Assembly (NCBI RefSeq): GCF_024521635.1
Contig: NW_026250404.1
Coordinates: 620,001-684,000 of the forward strand
DNA length: 64,000 nucleotides
Direction of reading: 5' to 3'
Source of the DNA: Tricharina praecox
Taxonomy: Eukaryota
The position numbers and the translations under genes are program-made. Below, piece after piece: positions 39,308-51,350 of this stretch (positions within the stretch are counted from its first letter, which is position 1; every line of letters begins with the position of its first letter). The notes under the pieces were generated by a model. That model saw only the letters and a program-made list of their open reading frames with translations. It did not search any database and was not told where the DNA came from.

Positions 39308-42090
39308 ATGTCCGCAGACACTACCGCCAAACGAGTGGTCTACGAGCCCGGTTACTCACATCTAGAGACGGTGATGCTGATCCCTCCCATTGCGACCTGT
39401 ATCTTCAGCTATCTGAACACCCCGGACTACCTCTGCGTGCGAAACACCACAAAGACTCTGCGCGTGCTCACCGACAACAACCGACGCTTTTTCCGCAATC
39501 TGGTGTTCTTGCGCAGAGGCGTGGAGCGATGGCTGGATCTGCTGGAGAGTCCGGCAGTCGACAACATCCTGACCCCAGAGTACTTGCAGTTTCTCCTGCA
39601 TAAGACAACCAAGGACATCATCGACAGAGACGTGAAACGGCGGTATGGTGCGACGCAACTCAATCTGCTGACTTTAAAGAGGGCCATCGGAGTGATGAGC
39701 TCTAGAGGTCTCGATGCCTCGACGCTCAGCTTTTGGCGCAGGAAAGCCCAGGATACCCAGAAGGAATTGTCCGAGATTGTGCTGCACACACCGAGAGTTC
39801 GAACCATTCCCGTTTCTGAGTTTTATCACCCGCGGTTCATGGGACGGCATTTGGCTCAAGTGCTCAATAACTTGCCGATCGGAAACCACATCACTTCCGT
39901 CGTCCTCGACGGCACAAGTGTCGATACCGAATGGATCCAGCTGATCATGGGACGCTTCGCTTCCACCCTGCGTGGGTTGAGTGTCCGCGACTGCAAGTAT
40001 ATAGATAGCCAGGTCTTTCCAGACTGGATCCTGGAGTGCAAGTACCGGCATCAGCCTCTTGCTCTTCGTTGGCTTCGAGTATTTCCCCCAGCCAACATAC
40101 ATCCCTGATTTGATGGTGGTTAATGGATTTCTAGGTATGGGGGTCTGGGGGCTTTCCACACGTCTTTTCCACCGAATGTCCGATGGACCCAGTGATGCCG
40201 CTCGATATACACCCGGACGATAAGCGTGCAGGAGGTCCTGTGTTACTTCCGCACACCGAAAAACTCTTCGCCAACCTCATATCTAACGAATTTCACATGG
40301 ATTACACTCGGGCAGTGTTGATGCCGATGTACAACTATGGCCAGAATAAAAACATATGGCTACGGACCATGGAGGAAAGAATGAGACAGTGTTTTGAGAA
40401 GTTCGACGAGTTGCACGAAGAAAATCCGGAGCCTTTCGTGCATTGGGATGCCCTACTGCAGCCGCTAGGGGAGATCAATCCCGTGATTGCTCTGTTAGTA
40501 ATCTCCAAATATTTCGATATAAAGGTCGATATCGCCCTTTGCGCTTCTCAACATTTTTGCTGGTCCTTTGTCCTCGCCGCAAATTCCGAGATCATTGGAC
40601 CACACCAACAACTCAACCATTTCACGATGGGCGGCCGAACATATTCAAATGTGGAGATCGACGGTCGATTCGCTCGTCACACACATTGCTTGGCCGAAGT
40701 TGGGGCAAGAAAGAACGAGGGTGGGCAATGCTGCTACACCTGTGGACTGTGGGAAGGTTCACCTGCGCCAGTCGAATACTGCGGTGACAACAAGGATATG
40801 TTCGTCGAAGTGGGTGGCGTCACGAACGGAGCCGCAATCGGCGTGGGGAGGTTTTCCATGGGATCTCTATGCGCCGCTTGCGTAATATTCATGACCTGCG
40901 CCGAGTGCGACAAGTTCATCTGCCAAAGCTGCTTTTTTAAAAGTCCGACTGGCCCACAGAATCCTCTCATGGTCTCCGATGTTGCGGGACTGCGGCTTCT
41001 CAAGGTCGTTTGCGCGCAGCCCGGCCATGGCGCCGAATGCGTCGATTGCATCGCCACCCGGGCGGACCTCTACTTCGAGTGCGAAAAGTGTGGAAGGGGG
41101 TATTGTCTCCGTTGCCAGAATCCCACCGGCCGCCAGGTTTCCACGGATCTTTACGGCGGTTCCATGCGTGTATACCAGAACGACCTGATATCCGAAGTAC
41201 CGGGAGTGAAACTTCGGGGTGGAAGACCAACCCCCTTCGCGGAAAACCCTCTGTGCCGTCTGGCAGCCTTCAAGCCGGCAAAGCCACAGGTGCCAACCGC
41301 ACGACCGCCCGTCACCTTCACGGAGCACAATCTGTTCGAAATCTGCATCGGCTGTGAAAAGGCTCTCTGTCGGAAATGTGTACCGTCGCACGCATGGGAG
41401 AAAGGACTGGAGAAGCGACCTAACGCATCGAAGTATCGACAGTGCTTAGAGAGCGCCTGCGGAAAGTTCTACTGCGAGAATTGCGTGAACGCATGTGCCA
41501 ACGTGTGCACGAAGTGCAAGACGTGGGTATGCTGTCGGATGTGCGATCTCATGAACAATACCATCACGGGGGTTCCCGATGCGCTACAGGGAAGATGGTG
41601 TGGACAGCCGGACTGCATGGATCGATCCGGGGTTGGGAAACTCGGGGACTTGGAGGGGCCGTGGGAGGACGGGTGGGTTCCGAGGCATGTCCTCCCACGC
41701 CCGACCAACCAACATGAGGCCGCCTTGAGTCGTCAGGAAGCGCAGAGGTTAGAGATCGCGCGATTGCTGGCTTCGCGAATGCAAAGACCAACAGCTGCAG
41801 GACTTCCTGTTGGACAGAACCAGCAGGGAGGAAATCAGCCACGACACGGCTCTCAACAGCAGCAACAGCAGCAACCGCTGCCAGGATTTCCGCCCACTCC
41901 TGAGAATCTCAACCAGCCGGCGATAGCACCTCTGCCTCGGCCTCCGCCCGCGACCACCTCGAGGCCAGCCGGTATTCCCGCCGGGACCACTGCTAATCCG
42001 CCCACTCAGCAACAACCTGGTGCCAACACTAGCCACAACGACGAGGATAGGGGCAAAGCCGAGAGTATGGATGAGGATGGAGACGAGTAG
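39308..42090 (+). CDS. F-box-like / LRR-like protein with Cys-rich repeats and Q/P-rich tail, ~908 aa
   Basis: Exons 39308-40078 and 40135-42090 join in frame (LRWLR|VWGSG). F-box-like LETVMLIPPIATCIFSYL; LRR-like ITSVVLDGT and LRGLSVRDCKYI; many CxxC pairs. Confidence 0.75.
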
Positions 42091-43612
42091 GATGATGCGG
42101 ATGAGTACAAAAAGAAGTGGAGGTAGATCGGGATCCGCAATCCAAGTGCGGGGTACGGGCTGTTCTGGTGTTGTAGGTACTCATAGTATCCCATAGGTAG
42201 GTTGTTTTTCTTTCTGTTGTTTTACTCAATTCTGGAACCGAGTTTATCGCATAATCAACGTTGCCGTCATGTCTTGCTCGAATGATGATGTATCATCGGC
42301 GGCCATGGCTGATTCATCCGACCATCACTCGCTACCGCATCGAGTGCTATGTAGTGAATCTCCACGAACGCCGACATTTGTATGTATGATGTAGGTAGTG
42401 ACCACAGAGAAGGAGAAGAAGCGCTGTATCCCCACCCCACCTCACCGCAGCAGCATTTGCTATGTAGGCAGGCGGAAGAGGCCCTGTGTAATACACCACA
42501 ACACACAACCTTTTCGACGCAGTTGGTACCAACACCTCCCAGCTCCCCAGCCTCTCGTTCTGCTCCCTGTAGTTCGCGCCATTCATGCACAGTATCGCAT
42601 ATCACACCTCGACGTGATAGATTAAATACCGCCGTGCTCCCTGCCCCGCGAGTCCACGCTTATTTATTGGGAGTGGGGATGCCAGCGGCAAGGGAGCTGC
42701 CGAATGGTGTCTCAGAGGCGAGGACGGCGAGAATGGCGAGGGCGGCGATGGCCTAGATGCCTGGGCACATGCTAGGTGAGATGGAAATGGCGATGTTGTT
42801 GGCGATGTTATTGTGGGGTTCTGTTGCCTCGTGGTGGGGGCTGTGACGTGGAGAGGAGGAGGAGGAGGAGGAGGTGTGACGAGGAGGATGGGGGCAGGGA
42901 GCACGGAAAGAGGGTATCGTCCTCGCCTCTGCAGACTCCAGAGGCATGAATAGTGAAGGAAGCAGTAGATACCTGCATTCTCATTCTCATTAGGTTAGAT
43001 GGTACCTAGTCCGGGAATACTCACTTACTTGATCCGGGCACCTGTCAGACGTATCAGGCGGCAACTGTGTACGGAAACGGTGGTATGTTTAGTCTGGGTA
43101 GATTCTGGGTGGATTCTTTGTTGGTTGTTGCTACTCTAGTCTAGCTCTTGTCCGGAAGCATTCCTCTTGCTTGCTTTTTCACGCTTAGCACCTACGGTAC
43201 TAGAGTACTCCTCAGATCGAGGTTCATGCGTGTAGGGTGAAGTGCCGCGGGAAGTGGATCCGCTCTGTATGTGCATACACTCGTGCCACTGTCCCCGGCC
43301 TAAGTACCCGACCCCAAGCTTGGAATTCTCTGATGGGGAGATCCACAAGGTGTCGTAATCATGCATCAGAGCCGATACCAGCGGCTCGTGGGGGGAGGGG
43401 GGGAAGTCATTTTATTGACGTATCAATGGACCTAAGTAGATCACGACGTCCATGCCAAAGAGAGCCACTGCCACCAGCGGCTCGTGTATATATGAGGCAT
43501 TCATCCCCCAGTGTGTGTCTGGAATGCTAGCAGCCCTCGATTTCATATCTATCAGGACCGAAAAGAACCGCAACCCACCCGTCTCCCCTCCCACCCAGCA
43601 AGAAACACAACC

Positions 43613-44732
43613 ATGAGGGTCTCACCCCGCAGAGTAGTCAAGCACGATGGTATTCCAACTCGGCGAAATCGGTTGATCGCGGCCCGCCCGCTAACCAATC
43701 AGCAGCCTCCGTCGAACCGGCGAAACTGAGCCGACGGTGGAAAAAGCAAAGAGCTCGAGCAGTAGCAGCAGCCAAGATCTCCGGACCCACTGCTGTCTCG
43801 TGCACCAAAGACAACTCGTTCTACTTTGAAACGTATAAATGTCCGGAGAAAATGAGAGACGTGATGACCGAGTGTGGGGTCGTCGACAAGTTGCTCGAGG
43901 CACACGTTAAACGTCTGGTAAGCGCGACCGTCGCACACACACATACACGCGCATACCCGATGAGTTTCCATATCGAGATGCTCTCTTCGCTTTTCGGGCT
44001 CGCTAATCGTGCCTCCCCTGCCCCTCCCCCGCGCAGCAAGACAAGGCCTGGTCAATATTCCCGTACCCCTGCATCGGGATGTTCGAATTCGTCAAGTTCA
44101 ACCTCCCCGGCTACCGCTCATACCCGCGCATCCTGTCGCTGCTGCGATCCGGCGGCGTGTACCTCGACGTCGGTTGCTGCGTGGGGCAAGAACTGCGCTA
44201 CCTCCTCTCGCACGAGGGCATCCCGGCATCGCAGCTCTTCGGCTGCGACATCGAGCCGGAGTTCCTCGAGATCGGCTACGAGCTGTTTATGGACGCGCCG
44301 GGGGCCATGCGGCTCGAGGCGGCAGACATCTTCGACGACGAGGCGTGGACGGAAAACGAGATGAAGCAGAGGTGTGCGGTCGTCCATGCTGGCTACTTTC
44401 TGCATCTGTTTAGCTACCAGCGACAACTGCTGGCGGCGAAACGACTGGTCGGTTACCTCGAGCGCAAGAAGGGGAACACCATCGTCGGAAGGATGATTGG
44501 CAGTCGCGCTCCGGGCGAGTACACGCATCCCACGGTAGGGATCATGATGCGGCACGATCGCGAGAGCTTCGGGAGGTTTTGGAAGCGGGTGGCGGAAGAG
44601 ACTGGGTTGAAGCTGGATGTGCAGTGTGACATCTGCGAGAGCACGGTGAGGATCAGTCACGATGGGAAGAAGTTTGATCATCCGCCGGAAGAGAAGGCGA
44701 CCGAGATTACATTTTCTATCACGATCGTTTGA
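43613..44732 (+). CDS. Class I SAM-dependent methyltransferase (AusD/Trt5-like family), ~315 aa
   Basis: Exons 43613-43649, 43703-43917 and 44037-44732. Motifs AWSIFPYPCIG, YLDVGCCVGQELR, LFGCDI, GYELFMD, FLHLF. The first exon is less certain. Confidence 0.85.
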
Positions 44733-45524
44733 CCGCGAGCCCGTCTGTGCTCACATAGTCTCTCTATATATTTATGTACATTATTGGAAGGGGATATTGA
44801 GGGATGAATTACGAACTGTTCTTTAGATGTTGGCACTTGTCGTAGGCTCTCGTTATGGACAGCCGCGCGACAAAGAGCAGGCTCCATCACAGGTTATCAC
44901 CAATAGCGAACTCCCCACCATCCGATTTGTTTCGGTATGACACCATGCTTTAGTACCTCCGTTAGACGATGTGACGCCCCCGACACCCGATGCGGATGAT
45001 GTCGCTACAAGATCCGAAAGATCCGAGACATCTCCGCAGACGCGCGTTTTGCAGGCAAGCCATCCCGGACTTTCTCGCCAACACTGATGTGGGCAGGCGG
45101 ATGATCGACCCAATGACCCGTAGAGCTCACTCATGTCTCACCTATAACCCTTTAGAACTCGCGCCCTGATAGGGAAAACTTCAGCGCATATTCGCTCCGT
45201 CGTGCCACCGGCTCGAAGATAATAGCGCTGGCTATATAGTAAATCTCGGGGATGCAGTCGGAATAAGCCAGCTTTACGTGGATCAAAAACCCCATCCCCT
45301 CGGTGTGAAGCTAGGAAGACAATGTTTTTGTTTTAGAGGAAACCCGAAGGTAAAAACCCCGTCCACGGAAGGGCGCATTTTGTCAGTTTGCTCTGCTCTT
45401 GCCACTGCTGTTGTGGACTGCTCCGTTCAGAAGTGAAGTGAAGAGAAGAGGAGAAGGAAGGAAGGAGAGGGGAGGAGGGGGGTTTTTATAAGTGGTGCGG
45501 GCGTGCAAGTGGGAACTTCGACAC

Positions 45525-46233
45525 TAGTGTATTTTGTGTTTTGTGTTTGATGCTTTAATGTTAGGGAGAAACGTGTTCCACTGAGAGCAATCAAGCACTC
45601 TAATCCTTTCACACCACCTACCAGACCAAGTTAACAGCAACACCTACAAGATTATGCTCCCGTATATCTCCGAGACTCCATGCTATGTCTGGGGGATATA
45701 GTTAGGCATGTTACAGGTGCTCACTCGTCGCCGGTGGCGTTTTTTGCTCATGTGAAGTTAAATACAGGAGCGAAATGCATCAAACTTAATTCTTAGTGTG
45801 TTTGGTGTTTTATGCTTTAAAATTAGGGAAAAACGTGTTCCACTGAGAGCATTAATCAAGCACTCCGGTCTATTGGAATATGCGGGTGAAAGGGCAGAGA
45901 TTATTCATTCGATGCAGCAACACTATCATCGGAGGCGAGGTCTCTCTTTACATACAGAAAACGTCACACTCCTTGGTCTACCCCCGTCAGCACTCGGCCT
46001 CGACCCCTCCACCGCGGAATCTTATTCATGCCAACGTCTCCGGGCCCGGGCGTCCAAAGTTTGACATGATCCGTTCCCACTGTTATGTACTCAACAGATC
46101 AAAGTCGACCAAGAATACTCATGCCGGCAGCGATACCTGCGAAATTATGTTCCCGTCACTGTCCAAGTCTCCCATGTTATGTCTTGGGGATATAGTTAGA
46201 ACATTTCACGGGTGCTCACTGGTCACCGGTGAC
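45525..46233 (+). repeat. Diverged tandem duplication (units A-B, then A'-insert-B') containing copies 2 and 3 of the dispersed repeat
   Basis: Unit A (GCTTTAA..TTAGGGA.AAACGTGTTCCACTGAGAGCA..AATCAAGCACTC) at ~45525-45600 and ~45795-45865. Unit B at ~45650-45740 and ~46144-46233. Confidence 0.8.
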
Positions 46234-46451
46234 ATTTGCTGCAGCAACGATAATGATACTAGACCTACAAAAGCATCGCCATCTACACAGGCACCAATTT
46301 TACGATCAAATTATGATGAGCCATCACAGAGAACATGCTGCGTAACAGGAAAAAAACTTTTGTATACCATTATCAGGGACAAATGTCCCTCTCCCCCTTG
46401 AACCTTCTGCCCCCTCTCTCCCTTCGCCCCCTCTCCCCCCCGTGGGTGACC

Positions 46452-48274
46452 TCAAATGAGGCCAGCCCACCTCACCGCCAACGTCAGCCCAAACCCGCCC
46501 CCCAGCCACCAACCCGACAAGCGCACGCCACCCCCCACCTTCAGTCTCTTAGTGGACGATCGCTCGCCCTCCTCAACTCCCCCCTCAGCAGCAGGCCCCT
46601 CCTCACGTCGCCTCTTCCCCGTCATCACCGCGATGCCCTCACCACGACTCTCCCAGGTGGGATGCCGCTCTCGAAATTTCTTCAAGAGGACACCACCACC
46701 CTCGCCAACGAAAAACGGAGGCGGAGGACGGGAGAGCCTCGGGCGGGCATCTTGTTGAGCAGGGGGAGGGGGAGGGCGTTGGTCCGACTGGGCCGGCTTG
46801 AGGAACTCCCTTTTGGAAGTCCCCTCGGCGTGACTCTGTCGCTTCAACGCCCTAGCCTTCGCCTCGGTACGGCCATGGCCCCGCGCACGGCGATCTGCGA
46901 GCCGCTGCTGCTGTCGTGCGAACACGAACTGCTGCTGCAGCTCACGGATCACCTGCTGCTGGTGTTCCATGGCCGTCTGGAGCGCTTCGAGCTCTTGTTG
47001 CATGGCAACAAGAGCTTCCTCTAGGCTACTCTGGGAGGGTAGATCCGCGAGCAACTGCTGCTCTTGTGCGAGGACGAATCGCTGCAGTAGCCCACGGATC
47101 ACCGGATGCTGGCGCTTCATGGTCCTCCGGAGGGCTACGAGTTCTTGTTGCATGGCAACAAGATTTCCCTCTAGGCTACTCCGGGAGGGCTGCTGTAAAG
47201 CCGCGAGCCGCTCCTGCTGCATATGCTCCTGCATAGCAGCGACGTCTGCCTGCATCTGCTCGGCAGCGGCTCGCAGCTCCAGCTGGTGCTGCTGCACCAC
47301 GGAAAGATTCTGCTGGTGCTCGCACACCTGCTCCTCCAGCATCTGCCGGTGCTCCCTCTGTGGGGTTTGAGGATGCCAGCACATTGGCTCAGGCTCTTTT
47401 GGTTGCGGCAGAGGAAGTTGAGAAGTTAACGCCGTCTTCGCAGGTTCCGTCTGCGACTGCTGGGCTTGCTGTGGTTGAGCCTGAGCCTCTGGAGTCTGTT
47501 GCCCCTGTCGCTGCTGCTGGAGTTGCTGATGAACCTGCTGATGAACCTGCTGCTGCTGCTGCTGCTGTAATTGCTGCTGCGGCTCCTGGAATAGCTGTTG
47601 CTGCTGTGGCTGCTGCTGTGGCTCCTGCTGCGGCTCCTGCTGTGGCTGCTCCTGCTGAGGTTGCTGCTGTGGCTTCTGGAATAGCTGCTGCTGCTGTGGC
47701 TGCTGCTGTGGCTGCTGGAATATCCGCTCTTGCTGTGGTTGTTGCTGGGGCTTCTGGAATAGCTGCTGCTGCTGTGGCTGCTGCTGTGGCTGCTGGAATT
47801 GCTAAAAAGAGGGTTAGTAAGTCAGTCTCATGAGTGAGGCGGCTGGATACGAACCTGCGTGGCCTGGGGCGCACTTTGAAGAGGAGGCTTTGGCTGATAC
47901 CTGATGGGTCCTTTATGCTTCCGCTGCTGTGGTAGCTGCTGCGTATCCGGTAGCTGCTGCGTCTGTGATTTTTGCTGCGTCTGTGGTAGCTGCTGCGTCT
48001 CTGGTAGCTGCTGCGTCTCTGGTAGCTGCTGCGTCTCTGGTAGCTGCTGGAGTCGCTGCTGCTCCTGCAGTTGTCGCTGTTGCTGAAGTTCCTGCTGGAC
48101 TTGCTGCCGGACTTTCCGCCGCAGCTTCAGCTGCTGTTCGAGTTCCTAACGAGGGTCGGCAAGAAATTAATCTCATGACTGAGGCGGTTGGGTATGAACC
48201 TGCGTGGTCTGCGGCGCACTTCGACAAGGACGCTTCGGCTGAACCTTGCGGGATTTATTGAGGCGAAAACTCAT
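46452..48274 (-). CDS. Gln-rich coiled-coil protein with C-terminal bipartite NLS and hydrophobic tail, ~571 aa
   Basis: Exons 48274-48200, 48145-47855 and 47801-46452, all phase 0 and open. The introns are 54 and 53 nt, GT-AG, and contain in-frame stops. Confidence 0.75.
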
Positions 48275-49572
48275 GGTTAAGAACGATCGAAGTGTAATGT
48301 ACTAAGATATGAAGAAGGGTCGTAGTGTAATGTACTAAGACGTGAAGAAGGTTCGAAGTTGTGGGATGTCTGAATCAATTATCAGAGAACGTAGAGTCGG
48401 TTGTATGGTGGAGACTCGAGAGTGAAGGGTCGAAGTTGTGATTTCTCAATCAGCGAAGGTAGAGTCAGTTGTGTGATGGAGTGTGAAGAGAAGAAGAAGG
48501 AGGAAAAGGAGGAGGAAGAGGAGGAGGAAGAGGAGGAGGAGAGGGAGAGGAGCAAATATCTTGGCAAGTTGTGTGTGCGGCGAAGTTCAACACACTAGCG
48601 TTTTTATCACCATTATTTCCCAATTAAGACAGAAGCCATCCATAGATCGTCACTCGAACTTTGGTGCGTTCATGTAATTTGCTATTTTCTCCAACGCCCA
48701 ACCAGCGGCGCCACATCGTGCTGGCTGGTAGCGAGGTCTCCACTCCGGCCGGCCAGAGTGGGCAGGAAAGGAGTGCAACAGTTTGCCATAGTATAGATAG
48801 GCTGCATGCGAAATAAATTGAAGATCTCTCTATCCCTGTTTCAACATTCAACTTTTTCCCAATGATGATGATGCTGAGAATCTTCCAGCGCTATACGGCC
48901 TCTACGAGGCGGCAAAGAGACGAGTGAGGGTGCCAAGGTATAATATTACATTCTCGCCTCTACAGCCGGCGGCAGCGTGTGACTTTGTCACATGATACCT
49001 CCGAGTGATTAACCAGCATCGACATTGTCCTTCGCCGGAGTCCTTCAATGTCCGACAGCCCCTGGTCTTCCTACATAAAGCCGGTACGCCTTGTCGATAT
49101 GTGCCCGGTTACCGTGCGATCATGGCTTTTTCTCGAGCTATAGTCGCGCCACACGAGGTGGAAATCCTACATACCCGTGCAGTACGGACACAGCGTCACT
49201 CAACCGTATGTACTTCCAGCTGATCAACACAGGCGATTCAAGGCCGAAATCCCCACCTAAGCTCCTAGCAGCCCATGTGGGTCTCAAGTCACTTTCCTAC
49301 CTGCGCTTCGAGGAATTACACACGGATCGCAGGCCACAGTTGGGCCGAACCGAGTGATATCTGGTGCGGTAACCATAACCCAATAACCCTAACCCGTGTC
49401 GTTCGACCGCGCATGTCATCGATCATGGTTAATCGAGCAGAAGCGGTCCAGCGGAGACCTCAGACAAGACAAAACAAGCCGAGCTTCACGTTTCACCGCG
49501 TCCACCACGTCGCACCACGTCGCACAACACACACGGAAACCACATCCTTCCGTTTTTCCATGCTTGCTCTCG

Positions 49573-49622
49573 CAGGAGGAAACTGGCCACCCAGGAGGAA
49601 ACTGGCCACCCAGGAGGAAACT
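49573..49622. repeat. 19-bp tandem repeat, ~2.6 copies
   Basis: CAGGAGGAAACTGGCCACC repeated. Confidence 0.85.
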
Positions 49623-50640
49623 AACCATCCATGCTTGCATTCATGTCGGTTTCGTCAATCCAGCTGCCAGAACAGAAAAAAAAACCGACACAACTCCAGC
49701 TTTTCCGAAACTCTTGGGGGACAGGAGTTGGTTGGGAATGGGTAGACCCACGCACTCCCCCTCCCCCGCACTGCCGCGCCGGCCGAGAATCAAATCGAAC
49801 GCGGTCGCGAGCGTGCGGATTGGCTTGAAGCGGGAGGATAGGGCCACCGCACGCTCTGCTTAATTGGTTGACTATCGGTAGGCTAGACTGCCGCGTACTC
49901 TACCGTACCGTAGCGTACCGGACCGTACCGCTCACAGGCGGCCACGATCGTAGTGTCCACTGGGCTGGGTACCTACATATATCCACTATCCACTGGGTAC
50001 ATACATCTTCATACCTGGAACTCCACAGTCGAACGTTACTGTGCATGTATGCACTTCACTATCGTACAAACAAACCACCTTCCCCCGCGCTGTGCTGTAC
50101 GGGTAGATACCTCTCGTGTCCATCATGCGTTGCGCGAACCGTGCTGGCAGCCTGGCAGGAGCAGCCAATAACGCTCAACCCCGAGACGCAGATCCGAAGC
50201 ATTCTTCGAAACAGTCAATCAATCACCACCTCCCCCACACCCGGCGTGCATATCGAGTCCGAGATAGCCAGTCGTATTGTTCTCTTCAGGTGCTTTTTAT
50301 ATGTTTCAAAGCAGGCAATAGGTAGGTTGAATACCTAGAGTAGAGTGTGTGGAGTATGTACCGACAACGTCATGCAAGGTGGAAGGTGGTTGCTGGGCTC
50401 TGGGCTGGAGTCGTGCGACAGCGCCGCTGCCAGCGGAAGAGTATAAACCGCGATAACGTCCAGGTTCTCCGACAGGACAGGACAATCTCTCAATTTCTCA
50501 ACCTGCGGAGCAGTACGTACACCATACGGTTACTTATATAACCTCGCTCTCCCGCCCCACCCGTTCCCTCCCCCACCTCCCACCTCCTCCACCGACCTTC
50601 ATCCTCAGCTCCAGCTCCACGAACCGAAAGAAAATCAGCC

Positions 50641-50853
50641 ATGCCCGCCGTCATCCCCGCCACACCAACGCTGACCGTCGTCGCCGACTACGCCGTCTTC
50701 GTTCTACGCTTCCCGCTAATCTTCATCATCGCCGCGCTGTTCTCGCTGTCGTTCGGCGTGTACATGATCGATGCCATGGGTGCCTGGCCGCGGCCCCGGA
50801 GGGAAGCTGAATCAGAGGTGAAGGGGAACGGGTTTGCGTCCCATGGAATGTAG
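50641..50853 (+). CDS. Putative small single-pass membrane protein, 70 aa
   Basis: TATATAA at ~50535, pyrimidine-rich leader, GCCATG start context, C-ending codon bias, hydrophobic core FVLRFPLIFIIAALFSLSFGVYMI. Confidence 0.55.
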   Translation: MPAVIPATPTLTVVADYAVFVLRFPLIFIIAALFSLSFGVYMIDAMGAWPRPRREAESEVKGNGFASHGM

Positions 50854-51350
50854 GTTCCGCCCTCACTAGGCTTGGCCCGTTGCTCTGGATTCTGATCATG
50901 CGTTCAGTGCCTACTCGGATGATCGACATCCGGCGGCCACGAGAGTGCGGTCCGAGTTCGCTTGAGGTCCACATACATACACACATACGTACATATCGGT
51001 ACCGGTACCGAGGATTGATCGAACGACTTGATGTTGATGTTGATGGGACCATGACATGACATGACGGTGGGATGCTACGATACGATGCCATGTTTATGAA
51101 CGGATGCACTGGGGCTGATGTTTTTGGACATCAATGTAAATAATTGAAATGGGAGCCAGGCTTGTACCTTGAAAAAAAAAAGAAGAGAATACCTACTACA
51201 ATCAATCGAAGAAGCACGATACGATGACAAAACATACCCCCTCTAAGAAGTACGTACGTCGAAACGGAACAAGCAAATGACGTGCATACGTACATAACAA
51301 AAAGACAAGCAAGTGGCACCAACACCGTACACGAAGCACCCCGTGATTCC

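Noticed and set aside
47360..48261. Ala-rich and Cys-rich ORFs on both strands
   Set aside because: Alternative frames of the CAG-rich repeats of the Gln-rich gene.
49369..49396. TAACC/CCCTAA telomere-like run
   Set aside because: Only one exact CCCTAA; too short and degenerate.
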